Positions 27,461 through 37,190 of a stretch of 64,000 bases of DNA are shown here, in pieces. The notes under the pieces were generated by a model. That model had not been told where the DNA came from. It worked only from the letters and a program-made list of their open reading frames with translations, and did no database searches. How positions within the stretch are numbered: the stretch's first letter is position 1; every line of letters starts with the position of its first letter. Origin of the DNA: an uncultured Actinomycetes bacterium (GTDB lineage Bacteria; Actinomycetota; Actinomycetes; S36-B12; GCA-2699445); contig CAZECO010000001.1 in NCBI GenBank assembly GCA_964510455.1, forward strand, positions 35,693 to 99,692, given 5' to 3'. The position numbers and the translations under genes were made by a program.

Positions 27461-30400
27461 CTACCGCCGCGAGCCAGAGGCACCCTCAGCGGTTTGGGCC
27501 TCGGCCGGCACCCCAAGCGCGGCCAGGACGCCACGGATTTCGTCGGGGGTGCGGGCCGCAGCGTCGCCAGATGCACTTGGCGGCACGTCCACTGCGAGCA
27601 GCGTCCCGCCCGCAGGCGCGCGGTAGGTGTTGCCGTCGATGACGGCAGACGACGCAATGATCTCGGAGAGCGGGATCGCAGTGGTGGAGCTGTACGTCCG
27701 GATGCACACCAGGGTGCCGGCGGCGCACACCGACGCAGGACCAGGCCCGGCCTCGAACGTGTTGCCCTCCAGTCGCACCAGCGATGGCCGCCAGGTAAGG
27801 CCCGGCGTCAAGCTGCCGGGCCGGGCGGTGTCGAGGTCGGAGGACAGGCCGGGGGAGCAGTCGGTGGGGTATCCGGTCCCTTGGCCGTACCGCTGGGCGT
27901 GCTCGGCGCAAGGCCGGTCCTGGGGGCCGTAGCCCCCGGAGCGGGGATCGGCCGTGAGCGCCACCGGAACAGCGCCGCCCTCCACGGTGTTGTCGACGAG
28001 CTCCACGCCCGACGCGCCAGCCAGGCGGATCGTCGGGCTGGACGTGGCGCTGCCGCCGCGGCGCACCAGGTTGTCCTTGAGTAGGAGTCCGTGGCTGATT
28101 TCGTAGAAGACCGCAGAGCCCGTCGTACCGGCCACCACGCTGCCCTCGACCCGCGAGTCGTAGCTCGACTGGTCCCACCAGATGCCGTGGCCGTTCACGT
28201 CGTACACCGCCGAGGCCTCAACCGCCATGCGGTGCGTGCGGCTCGCCTTCACGGCGCCGGCCTTCGGCGCTGCGGCGAACTCGGCGTCGGTGTTGACCGA
28301 CCGGATCACGCTGTCGCGCAGCAGCACGCCCTCGCCGTAGTTGACCGACATCCCCATCCATCCCGCGCGCTCCACCGTCACCCGGTCGAACAGGGCGTCG
28401 CGCACCAGCCGCGACCTATCGGCCGCACCACCGCCGGCGACCTTCAGAGGGATTGAGGACACCGAGTCGAGCGCGACGTCGCGGACCACGGCACCGTCGG
28501 CGCCAGCGCGCACAAGGAGCCCGAACCCTGCCCAGGAGGGGGAGTGCCGCTCCACCCGGATCCCCTGGATCGTGACGTCGTCGGCTGCGACCGTCAGGAA
28601 CGTTCCGGTGGAGAACGAGACACGGACCTGGGACATGTCGGCCGCGTCATCGCGGCTGAGGTACATGCGGCCCATCGCCGGCCGTGTCGGTTCGCCGGTC
28701 CGCTCGACGTAGAAGTACCCGGGACGGACTAGCGCCTTGTCGAGCACCTGGACCAGGGGGACTCGTCCCACCCATGCTTGGTCGGGCCAGAACCCCGCGG
28801 CGAGCCGTGCCGCCGAAGGTCCGCCGGCGCATCCGGGGCCGACGCCGGGGGAGGGGGGCGCCAGGCCGCCCGAGGGGCGGAGGCAGGCCCATCCGCGCTC
28901 TGCCGCCAGGCCTGCCGGTGCGCCGTCGGTGCCCAACGAGGCGGGCGGGAGGTGCGCCAGCGCGAGTCCATCCCCCTCCTGGGCGGGTTTCGGCAGGTAG
29001 TCGAACCACCGCAGCTCGCCCTCGGACCTGACTGCGCCGGGCGCCTGGGCCGACCCGTCGAACACCGGCACCTCCCCGGGGTAGGCGGTGACCGTGATGC
29101 CGGGGACGTCGAGGACCGCCTCGTTCTCCGTCACCGGGTAGGTGCCGCCGCGCAGCACTACCGAGTCGCCGGCGGCCGAGGCTGCCAGCGCCTTCGGGAG
29201 GGTGCGGAAAGGGCGGTCGAGGGTGCCGGGCCCGGCGTCCGAGCCCTCGGCAGAGACGAAGCGGACATCGCCGGGCAGGCCCCGCATGTCGTAGTCGACC
29301 GGCAGGTCGGCTCCCGGACCCTCCTCATCGGCACCTTCGGCTGTCGGGGCGGGGGTCGGCGCGGCGGGAGCAGGGGAGGGTGTGCGCACCCTCGGAGCCC
29401 ACATATTCGCGCGCTGCACCGCGCCCTTGCGGGTCGGCGGAGTGATCGTGGTCGCGCACCCGGCGGCGGCCTGGGTCCCGCGCAGGAACGTGTTGCCGGT
29501 GATGTCAAGACCCTCGATGCCGGCGCCGCCGTCGTAGACGTTGATGGTGCAGACGCCGCCGCCGAGGATGTTGCCGCGCAGCGCCAGGTCCGCGACCGGG
29601 CCCCACTTCTGGGTGACCATGAGCGCCGCGTTGTAGATCGCGCCGTCGAACCGGTTTCCCTCGATCACGATATTCCGGCCCGCCACGACCTGGATCCCGT
29701 CGTTGTGGCTGCCGTCGGGGTGGCTGCCGTCTTTCAGATGCACCAGGTCGTGGATCCACGATCCGGTGATCCGCACGTTCCCCGCGTCTGGGTCGTTGCC
29801 GCCAGGCGCGCCGAAGATGTGGACGCCGTCGACAGTCCCGGTGATCTCGACCCGGTCGAGGGTGAAGTTCGAGCCGCGGACCCCGTCGGCCCGGATGCCG
29901 GCCAGCCGCGGGATGAACGAAGACGTTTCGACGAGCGCGGACGGGGGCGGCGAGTGCGGGGGCCGGTCGTTGCGCACCGATAGCAGCCCGATGTCTGACG
30001 TCGGCCGGCCCGGCCCGGCGAACAGGCTGTTGCGGAACACCACCCCGGGAGCGCGGACCTCGACAAGGTCGTTGAACCGCCAGCCGTCGTAGATCGCCCC
30101 GGGGGTGGACACCAACAGCCGGCCGGCGCTCAGCGTGTCGGACGGGTACGGCACCGTCTGGGGCGTCAGCGTCCGCAGTGTCGTCCCGTCCGGGACGCCG
30201 GTGGTCTCTGCGGTTGGAGCCGGGGTGAGGACCGCTCGGAACACGTCCGGCCACAGGTCCGGGTCGGCCTCTCCGATCAGGGCCGCGTCGATGCAGCTGC
30301 CGCTGCCGGTGTCGCTTCCGGGGGCGGCGACCCACCAGTCCACGTCCCCGCCGGAGGTGAACCGGAAGCAGATTCGGTCCGGCAGGGCCGCCCCGGCAGA

Positions 30401-30502
30401 CGGTGCCGCAGACCGAACGAGGCCCGCAGCCGCTATGGCGAGGACCGCCACCACAACGAGAATCCGCGGGTACAGTTTCCGGCAAGAACTGTCTACCTTC
30501 AT
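27461..30502 (-). CDS. large secreted protein with right-handed parallel beta-helix (PbH1) repeats
   Basis: Track ORF 27461..30577 trimmed to MKVDSSCRKLYPRILVVVAVLAIAAAGLVRSAAPSAGAA (signal). Two blocks of beta-helix-like repeats (GNRFDGAIYNAALMV, GNILGGGVCTINVYDGG, ITGNTFLRG; later DNLVRRGGSATSSPTIRLAGASGVELVDNTVEGG). Confidence 0.7.
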   Translation of the reverse strand: MKVDSSCRKLYPRILVVVAVLAIAAAGLVRSAAPSAGAALPDRICFRFTSGGDVDWWVAAPGSDTGSGSCIDAALIGEADPDLWPDVFRAVLTPAPTAETTGVPDGTTLRTLTPQTVPYPSDTLSAGRLLVSTPGAIYDGWRFNDLVEVRAPGVVFRNSLFAGPGRPTSDIGLLSVRNDRPPHSPPPSALVETSSFIPRLAGIRADGVRGSNFTLDRVEITGTVDGVHIFGAPGGNDPDAGNVRITGSWIHDLVHLKDGSHPDGSHNDGIQVVAGRNIVIEGNRFDGAIYNAALMVTQKWGPVADLALRGNILGGGVCTINVYDGGAGIEGLDITGNTFLRGTQAAAGCATTITPPTRKGAVQRANMWAPRVRTPSPAPAAPTPAPTAEGADEEGPGADLPVDYDMRGLPGDVRFVSAEGSDAGPGTLDRPFRTLPKALAASAAGDSVVLRGGTYPVTENEAVLDVPGITVTAYPGEVPVFDGSAQAPGAVRSEGELRWFDYLPKPAQEGDGLALAHLPPASLGTDGAPAGLAAERGWACLRPSGGLAPPSPGVGPGCAGGPSAARLAAGFWPDQAWVGRVPLVQVLDKALVRPGYFYVERTGEPTRPAMGRMYLSRDDAADMSQVRVSFSTGTFLTVAADDVTIQGIRVERHSPSWAGFGLLVRAGADGAVVRDVALDSVSSIPLKVAGGGAADRSRLVRDALFDRVTVERAGWMGMSVNYGEGVLLRDSVIRSVNTDAEFAAAPKAGAVKASRTHRMAVEASAVYDVNGHGIWWDQSSYDSRVEGSVVAGTTGSAVFYEISHGLLLKDNLVRRGGSATSSPTIRLAGASGVELVDNTVEGGAVPVALTADPRSGGYGPQDRPCAEHAQRYGQGTGYPTDCSPGLSSDLDTARPGSLTPGLTWRPSLVRLEGNTFEAGPGPASVCAAGTLVCIRTYSSTTAIPLSEIIASSAVIDGNTYRAPAGGTLLAVDVPPSASGDAAARTPDEIRGVLAALGVPAEAQTAEGASGSRR

Positions 30503-30739
30503 GGAGGTACTGTGAGCGTCCCCAGGTTGAAGGTCAAGCCCGGCGCGAGGGATGCTTTGGCATCGCGGCCGGGACACACGTGCGCAGTCGTTCGGCCAAC
30601 GATCACTTGCTGTTCGTGGAGAACTCGCTCCGCTCGTTGTGATCCGACAGCTGCCGGCTACTGGGAGATGCTGTGCGACCGCCGCTCTACACCTCCAGCA
30701 CGGCCGGCCTCGTTGGCGCCTCTGGGGCGTGGTGCAAAC

Positions 30740-31018
30740 TCACGTCTCCCGCACCGGCCGGCGGGACCGTGGCGGCCGTGGCGCGCCGGCCTCTCGGAGG
30801 TCTTCCTCGGCGAAGAAGCGCCGAGCCGCTGTGCGCGCTTGGGCGTATGCGGAGATCGCCTCATCCAGCGCAGTCGCGGAGCGCTCGAGGGCATCCTCTG
30901 CCGCGCGCAGCTCTTTGAGCCGCAGCTCGAGTTCCCGGGCGGACTCCTTGGCCCGCGAGGCCGCTTTCGCGACCAGTTGCGCACCCACGCCCGATCCGTT
31001 TACGCGGTCGCCGTTCAC
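30740..31018 (-). CDS. small coiled-coil protein
   Basis: Last 92 codons of track ORF 30740..33262: VNGDRVNGSGVGAQLVAKAASRAKESARELELRLKELRAAEDALERSATALDEAISAYAQ... GTG 31018 is preceded by GGGAGG. High GC3. Confidence 0.5.
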   Translation of the reverse strand: MNGDRVNGSGVGAQLVAKAASRAKESARELELRLKELRAAEDALERSATALDEAISAYAQARTAARRFFAEEDLREAGAPRPPRSRRPVRET

Positions 31019-31356
31019 GCACACCTCCCAACTCCCGACGCGGCCATAACGACCACGACGCAACGAATCCAGAGTCTGGCCGACCGTGCTGAGTGGGTGG
31101 TGCCCAACCGAATAGGCAAGATATACCGGAAGTGCCCACAAGTGGGCTCCTCCGGACGGACTCCGCAGGCGGACTCCGGATGCGCCCGAGCGCGGACGCG
31201 GGCCGCTGCGGCGGCGGGTTCCAGCCTGCGGCCGGGGCACGGCGGGCGGATGCCGGGGGACCGGTGACCAGGTCGGTGCGCCCGTCACAACTGTGGCGGG
31301 AGACGCCGGAGGAGCCCGCCGGGGCGGGCGCGGGAAACACCGGACGGCGCGATGTC

Positions 31357-32466
31357 GTGGTGAAGATCTCCCTGTCGCAGGGAGAGGCGCATGCTGTCTG
31401 GGCGGCCGCCGAAGGGTCGGGCTGGCGACCGGGGGCATGGGTCGGAGCGGTGATCGAGGTGGCGCTGTTGGGCGGCCCGCCGCCGCCGATGTTCCGGCCG
31501 TGGGTTGCGGCGTGGACTGCTCTGGAGACAGCACTTGGGTTGCTGCGGTGGGTGGCGGAGGCGGTAGCTGCGGGTCCCCCTCCACTGCAGCAGGGGCCGG
31601 GCCGAGGGGCTGTTTCGGCGAGGGTGTCGGCGGAGGAAATGTTCGACTCCTGGGTGGCGGCTTGGGTGCCGCTAGGCGACCCCCGGGACGGCCGTGCGGG
31701 GGAGGAGGCGGCGGCCCGAGCCCGCGCGGCGGAGCTGGTGGCGCAGCGGGAAGAGTTGCTGCGAGGGGGACGATCCGCGCAGGCCGCGGCTGCCGAGCGC
31801 GCGGCGCTGCGCCAGCTGGAGGTCGCCCACGCCGCATCGACACGTAGGGCGCTGCTGACGAAGGAGTTCCTCGCGATCGGTGGGATCGGCGGACGGGACG
31901 CCGCTGCATCAGCACCGCCGACTCCGTCGTTGCGGGCAGCGGCAGGGGCGCAGCGGGCGGCGGCCAGGGCAGCCCTGGCGGCTGCCCTGGCGGGGTCTGC
32001 GGCCGCGGCGAGGCGGCGGGAGGCGCAGGAGGACGCGGGGGTCTGGGCGGGCCGGGCGGCGGCGGTCGCGGTGCTGGAGGCCGAGCGGCGGCAGGGCGCC
32101 AGGGCGGCGCGGCGCGGCAAGGGCGCCGGGCGGGTGCGGGCGAACGTGCGGCTGTCCCCGGTCGGCTCGGAGGCACTGGACCTGGTGCTGTCGGACGGGG
32201 GCTGGACGCGTGCGGATTGGCTGGCGACGGTTGGGGTCGTGGCGGCGCAGGCCGCAGCCGGCAGCAACGAGCTGCGGCGGCGCACAGAAGAGGTCCGGGC
32301 GGCGGCGGTGCTGGTGCGGGACGCGGCCGTGGCGCTGCACGCCGAGGCCTCCAGCCCAGCGGGCGCGGGGGCCGATGCGCTGGATGCGGCGCAGCGGACC
32401 GCTGCGGGCGGCGAGGTTCAGAGGGTGCTGAAGGACATCGACGAAGACGGAGGGGGTGTCGGATGA
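31357..32466 (+). CDS. relaxosome accessory (MobC-like) protein candidate; start uncertain (31093-31357)
   Basis: Sits directly upstream of the relaxase and overlaps it (ATGA at 32463-32466). Two RHH-like segments: VVVKISLSQGEAHAVWAAAEGSGWRPGAWVGAVIE and VRANVRLSPVGSEALDLVLSDGGWTRADWLATVG. Confidence 0.45.
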   Translation: MVKISLSQGEAHAVWAAAEGSGWRPGAWVGAVIEVALLGGPPPPMFRPWVAAWTALETALGLLRWVAEAVAAGPPPLQQGPGRGAVSARVSAEEMFDSWVAAWVPLGDPRDGRAGEEAAARARAAELVAQREELLRGGRSAQAAAAERAALRQLEVAHAASTRRALLTKEFLAIGGIGGRDAAASAPPTPSLRAAAGAQRAAARAALAAALAGSAAAARRREAQEDAGVWAGRAAAVAVLEAERRQGARAARRGKGAGRVRANVRLSPVGSEALDLVLSDGGWTRADWLATVGVVAAQAAAGSNELRRRTEEVRAAAVLVRDAAVALHAEASSPAGAGADALDAAQRTAAGGEVQRVLKDIDEDGGGVG

Positions 32467-34544
32467 TCGCGAAGATCGTGCCCCGCGGGGCCGCGGGCAC
32501 GGCGGGGACGCGAGCCGGCGCGGACCGGCTGATGGCGTACCTGCTGGGGGAGGGGGACAAGGACCGCGCGGCCGAGACGGGCGCGGCGCCGGAACTTGTC
32601 CCGTCGGAATCCGGCGGCCCGGCCGGCGATGCGGAACGCAGTAGGGGGGCCCGGGAGGCGGGGCTGCCGCCCGAACAGCGGCCGGCCGTCGCGTCGCACA
32701 CCGGCGCCCCGCCGTCCGCGGGCAACCGGCACGTCCAGCCGCGGGTGGTCGCCGCGTGGGACCCGTTGATCGAGCGGTCGTGGGGCCAGGTGTGCGCGTC
32801 GGTGGACTGGGCCGACGAGGCGTCGGCTTGGGCGGCGATGCGGAAGCTGGCGAGCGGCTTCTCGGCCTCGGTGGCCGGCGCGCTGCCCCTGGACCGCGGA
32901 GGCGCGGACCGCGACCTGGTGTGGCACACGATCATGGCGGCGCACCCCGACGACGGGGAGCTGAGCGACGAGCAGTGGCGGGCGGTCGCGCACCGGCTGA
33001 TGAAGGAGACAGGGCTCGACGACGGGAAGCTGCCGCCGGTGCGGTGGGTGGCGGTGCGGCACGGGGCCAACGAGGCCGGCGCCGACCACATCCATGTGAT
33101 GGCCGTGCTCGTGCGGGAGGACGGGTCCCGCCCCCGGCTGCACAACGACGCCTTCGCCGCGCAGCGGGCGGCGCGGTGGGCCGAGGCGGAGTTCGGGCTG
33201 CGGAAAGGACTGGGCCGGACGTCGGCGTCGGACCCGCGGCAGGGGAGGGGGCGGGCGGACAAACCGGCGGCGCGGGGGGAGCAGGCGGCCGCGGAGAAGG
33301 CCGGTCCGCCCTACCCGCGGCCCCAGGGGATGGGCGACGACCTGTGGGCGTGGCTGTGCCGGGAGGGCACGTCGGCGGCGTGGACCCGGCGGGGCGTGGC
33401 CCGGGGCGCAGTGCTGTCGGCCGCTGCGCGGGCGGTGTCGATGGAGCACCTGGTGCAACTGGTGGAGGAACAGGGGTACAGGGTGACGCTGCGCGAATCG
33501 GTGCGGGAGCCGGGAACGGTCACCGGCTGGTCGATCACCGCCCCGTCGGCGGGGCCGCGGGGCAAGCCGAAGTCGTACTCCGGCGGGGCGCTCGGACGGG
33601 ACTGCACCTGGGGTGCGCTGCGGCAGCATGTGGAGGTCAAGAACCGGCACCTGTCGCCGGCCAGGGGTACGGTCGTCGCTGCGGAGGAGGACGCGATGCT
33701 GAGCCGGGAGCGGATGGCGGCGGCGGGCTGGGGCCCGGAGTTCATCGCGCGGGTCATCGAGGCCGACCAGGCGCTCGCGGCCGGGGACCGGTCGGTGGCG
33801 TACTGGCTGCGGGACGCGGTGTGGCAGGTCGCCTGGGACCTGGAGGGGTCCAAGGGCAAGCACGGCGTCTGGTCCGACGCGGCGTACCTGTACTCCGTCG
33901 CCGCAGAGGGCGGGGTGCCGCAGCCGCCGCAGGAGATGATCGACGCGCTGGCCGCAGTCCGGGTGCAGATCGAGGACGTGTGGGCGCGCAAGCAGGCGTT
34001 CGGGTCGCGGATCGCCGCCCGCGAGGCCGGGCGGGACCAGCGGGACACGGAGGTCGCCGCAGCGCAGGGGGACTGGCGGCGAGCGCAAGCGGCGGTGGAC
34101 AGGGCGGTGGCGCGGATCCCGTTCGCGAACCCGTACGCCCCCGGGCACAGAACAGTGGCCGGCATCGCGCTGCTGGCGAAAGCGGAGGCAACCGGGCTGC
34201 AGGAGCGAGCCAACGAGCTGGCGCGAAGGTCGCGCGAGGTGGTGCGGGTCGCCACCGAGGCGGCAAGGGCGAGCCGGGCCGCGGCGGAGGCCGACGGGCG
34301 AGAGCTCGACGCGCTCAACGAGTGGCTGGAGCGCGCCGCGGCCTACGAGCGGCACGCCGAGCGGGCGGTGCAACGGCACGCCGCAGCGGCCGCGGCCTGG
34401 CGCACCGCGATGGGCGAGCTGCTGATCGACGCCCGCGCGGGCGGGGACGACCTGGCCGCCGCGCGGATCGCCGCCATCGACGTCCGCTACGCCGGGGCCC
34501 CGGCTGCGGGCGACGCGGCGCCGGCCGGGTCGGCGGCGCGGTAG
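32463..34544 (+). CDS. MobA/VirD2-family relaxase
   Basis: Track ORF 32217..34544 trimmed to MIAKIVPRG (the classic relaxase opening). Histidine triad region is RWVAVRHGANEAGADHIHVMAVLV. Long helical C-terminal part. Confidence 0.85.
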   Translation: MIAKIVPRGAAGTAGTRAGADRLMAYLLGEGDKDRAAETGAAPELVPSESGGPAGDAERSRGAREAGLPPEQRPAVASHTGAPPSAGNRHVQPRVVAAWDPLIERSWGQVCASVDWADEASAWAAMRKLASGFSASVAGALPLDRGGADRDLVWHTIMAAHPDDGELSDEQWRAVAHRLMKETGLDDGKLPPVRWVAVRHGANEAGADHIHVMAVLVREDGSRPRLHNDAFAAQRAARWAEAEFGLRKGLGRTSASDPRQGRGRADKPAARGEQAAAEKAGPPYPRPQGMGDDLWAWLCREGTSAAWTRRGVARGAVLSAAARAVSMEHLVQLVEEQGYRVTLRESVREPGTVTGWSITAPSAGPRGKPKSYSGGALGRDCTWGALRQHVEVKNRHLSPARGTVVAAEEDAMLSRERMAAAGWGPEFIARVIEADQALAAGDRSVAYWLRDAVWQVAWDLEGSKGKHGVWSDAAYLYSVAAEGGVPQPPQEMIDALAAVRVQIEDVWARKQAFGSRIAAREAGRDQRDTEVAAAQGDWRRAQAAVDRAVARIPFANPYAPGHRTVAGIALLAKAEATGLQERANELARRSREVVRVATEAARASRAAAEADGRELDALNEWLERAAAYERHAERAVQRHAAAAAAWRTAMGELLIDARAGGDDLAAARIAAIDVRYAGAPAAGDAAPAGSAAR

Positions 34545-34599
34545 CGGCTGGCGTGCCAGGCGATAGCGGCTAGACGTCTAGAGGACTAGCATCGCTGCC

Positions 34600-35325
34600 A
34601 TGAGGCTGAACCCGACCCACGGCGACATCAACATCGGCGACGACCACGACCCGGTCGCCGACGCTGGCCAGCGGCTGCAGTCCGCGATCCAGCACGCCAA
34701 CAGCGTGCTCAGCATGTACGCCAACCAGCGGCTGTACCGAGAGCGCACGCCCCGCCCAGCAGAGGGCGCCGGGGCGGACGGGGAGCGGCAGGCGGAAGAC
34801 AGCGCAGGGCGCGCTGAGGACGCCGCCAACGGGGCGAAGGAGCGGCGGCGGCCGCACGTCGAGGCGGGCCAGTCAGAGGCGGCGGAAGCGGACGCAGCCC
34901 CGGAGAGGTGGCGGCCCGCCGCGGGCCGGGACGGCGCGGACGACAAACAGCGGCAGCTCGACGCCGCCGAAGTCGACCGGGAACCCCGGCCCGCCCGGCA
35001 TCTGCAACCCGTGCCGGACATGGAGGCCGAGCAGCAGCAGGAGCGCGATGCCGATGCAGCCGATGCAGCCGATGCCGCGGCTCTGCAGGCGCAGAACGAC
35101 GACGACCCGCGCACAGTGGTGCATCTGCACGGCACCAACCCGCGAGCCAAGGGGCCGCGGTCCCGCGACGCCGCGGGCGACGCTTCGGAGCACCTGGCCG
35201 ACGAAGCGGCCGACCCGCTGGCTCTCGTCGGCGACCCGCTGTCCGAGGGCACCGGCGACCCCCTGGCCGAGGGAGCGCCCTCCGACGACCCGGGACTGGC
35301 ACCCATCGTCCCGCTTCGGCCCTGA
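34600..35325 (+). CDS. acidic, probably disordered hypothetical protein
   Basis: 241 aa with high GC3. Runs of D/E/A, including the 9-bp repeat GATGCAGCC (DAADAADAA) near 35050. Confidence 0.5.
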   Translation: MRLNPTHGDINIGDDHDPVADAGQRLQSAIQHANSVLSMYANQRLYRERTPRPAEGAGADGERQAEDSAGRAEDAANGAKERRRPHVEAGQSEAAEADAAPERWRPAAGRDGADDKQRQLDAAEVDREPRPARHLQPVPDMEAEQQQERDADAADAADAAALQAQNDDDPRTVVHLHGTNPRAKGPRSRDAAGDASEHLADEAADPLALVGDPLSEGTGDPLAEGAPSDDPGLAPIVPLRP

Positions 35326-35345
35326 CCGCCGCGCCTACCCTTGTG

Positions 35346-36242
35346 ATGGCGCGGAAGCATCGAGGAGGAGCCGTGGACCTAATCGGATACCTGTGGGGCC
35401 GGGTGGAGCTGCGCGAGGGAGCCGGGATGCTGGCCGCCGCGATGAACACCACCCCCATCCGCGACGCCCTGCTGCGGGAGGCCGCCCGGCGCGGCGGCTG
35501 GTCCGCTTTGGCCGGCGCTGCCGGCGCCGCGGCGCGGGAGGCCCGGGCCGCGGGCTGGTCGCCGACAGGTCCGGAGACTGTGGAGGCGGTGTGCCACTGG
35601 GTGCTCGCCGACCAGATGCTGCGCGGGGTGCCACGCTATGGCGCCGGCGCGGAGCTCGCCGACGCCGTCCTGGCGTTCTGGGACCGTCCTGCAGAGGCCG
35701 CCGCCGCGCTCGCCGCCGCGCCGCCGCTGCACCCCGATGACGCCGCGGACTTCACAGAGATGATCGAGAACCGGGATTCGGCGGCGCAGCGCGAGCTGGC
35801 CGACCAACTCGACGACGCCGCCCAGGCCGACCCCGAACTGTTCGCCCTCGCACTGAACACCCCGCCGATCCGCGACGGGCTGCTGCGGCAGGCCGCGCGC
35901 ACGGGGGAGTGGGACGACCTGCGGGCCTCAGCCCGCGACGCCGCCGAAGCCGCCGCCGCAGCTGGCGCCAGCACGGCTGGCCCTGACTGCGTCGCGGCGC
36001 TGGCCTGTTGGATGCTCGGCGACCGTGGGCAGGCCCGTGCGCTGCTGGCGGCGCACCCTGACCACGACCTCGCCGCGGCGCTGGGCGCATCCTGGGACGA
36101 GAAGCCGTCTGCGGTCGCCGGACAGATGGCGGAGTCAGCACCCCCTGACGAGCAGGACGCCCGCTCGTTCCTGGCCGATGCCGACCCGGTGATTCTCCTG
36201 GAGGACGGCGCGCGGGAGCAGAACCTCGGCCCGGTCCGCTGA
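35346..36242 (+). CDS. hypothetical protein with an internal duplication
   Basis: Tail of track ORF 34908..36242 from MARKHRGG (ATG 35346). Repeat 1 is MNTTPIRDALLREAARRGGWSAL...EAVCHWVLADQ. Repeat 2 is LNTPPIRDGLLRQAARTGEWDDL...VAALACWMLGDR. Confidence 0.6.
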   Translation: MARKHRGGAVDLIGYLWGRVELREGAGMLAAAMNTTPIRDALLREAARRGGWSALAGAAGAAAREARAAGWSPTGPETVEAVCHWVLADQMLRGVPRYGAGAELADAVLAFWDRPAEAAAALAAAPPLHPDDAADFTEMIENRDSAAQRELADQLDDAAQADPELFALALNTPPIRDGLLRQAARTGEWDDLRASARDAAEAAAAAGASTAGPDCVAALACWMLGDRGQARALLAAHPDHDLAAALGASWDEKPSAVAGQMAESAPPDEQDARSFLADADPVILLEDGAREQNLGPVR

Positions 36243-36247
36243 GCAAG

Positions 36248-36850
36248 GTGGACACGGCGCGGGGCATCCGGATGAGCCGATGGGCGGGCCTGCACTCGGC
36301 CCCCTCGCTCGCCGCGGAACTGCTCGAAACGCAGCAGACGCGGATGCGCCATGTGACCGGCGTCGCCGCAGCCGCGCGCGCCGCTGCGGCGGCCGTCCCA
36401 GCCGCCGACGCAGACCTGCTGGTCGCGGCGGCATGGCTGCACGACATCGGGTACGGGGAGGCGGCTGTCGAGACGGGGTTCCATCCCCTCGACGGGGCGC
36501 GGTACCTGCAGCGGATCGGCGCCCCTGCCCGGCTGTGCCGGCTGGTGGCCCACCACACCGGCGCCCAGGTCGAGGCCCAGTCCCGCGGCCTGCTGGCGGT
36601 GCTCATGGGCGAGTTCCCGCCCGAGGAGTCGCCGACCGCGGATGCGCTGACGTTCGCGGACATGACCACCGGCCCGGACGGCGTGGGGCTGCCGGCGGCC
36701 GACCGGGTTGCGGAGATCCTGACCCGCTACCCGCGTGAGCATGTCGTGCACAGATCCATCTCCACGTCAGCGCCGCAACTGCTCGCCACGGTCGCCCGCG
36801 TGGAGGCCCGGCTCGCGGCGGCAGCAGAGCCGCCGCGGCGCCGGCGATGA
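36248..36850 (+). CDS. HD-domain phosphohydrolase-like protein
   Basis: AAWLHDIGYGE (HD dyad). Upstream H (MRHVTGV) and downstream HH (LVAHHTGA). 200 aa. Confidence 0.7.
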   Translation: MDTARGIRMSRWAGLHSAPSLAAELLETQQTRMRHVTGVAAAARAAAAAVPAADADLLVAAAWLHDIGYGEAAVETGFHPLDGARYLQRIGAPARLCRLVAHHTGAQVEAQSRGLLAVLMGEFPPEESPTADALTFADMTTGPDGVGLPAADRVAEILTRYPREHVVHRSISTSAPQLLATVARVEARLAAAAEPPRRRR

Positions 36851-37190
36851 GCGGGTCGCGAGCCGGGCAGGGACGGCCAGGAAGAGGCTCCTCGATACCG
36901 TGCACGAGAGCTGGGCCGGGGGTGTCGCCTCCCGCGGTCGAGTCACGGAGCCTGGCCACGGCCCGTGGCGGACGCCGATGTTCGCTCTAACCGTCCCTGC
37001 GCGGCTGCATTCATGTTCCCAGCGCGACCGCAGATTGCTACCGGAGCCCCGAGCGGGGGGATAGGGCGGCACTGCCGCGACGCTCCGGCCTGTGCTGGAT
37101 TTGAGCCTGCGTGCTCGCGTCGCCTGATTCGCAGGGGCGACTGACGCCAGCCAGCTCTCGGCAGCGCAATCGAATGCGCGTGCGCGATGC

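Noticed and set aside
30740-33262. 840-aa reverse-strand ORF
   Set aside because: Extremely Pro/Arg/Ala-rich and antisense to the MobC-like and relaxase genes. Only its last 92 codons (30740-31018), which lie outside those genes, look like a real small gene.
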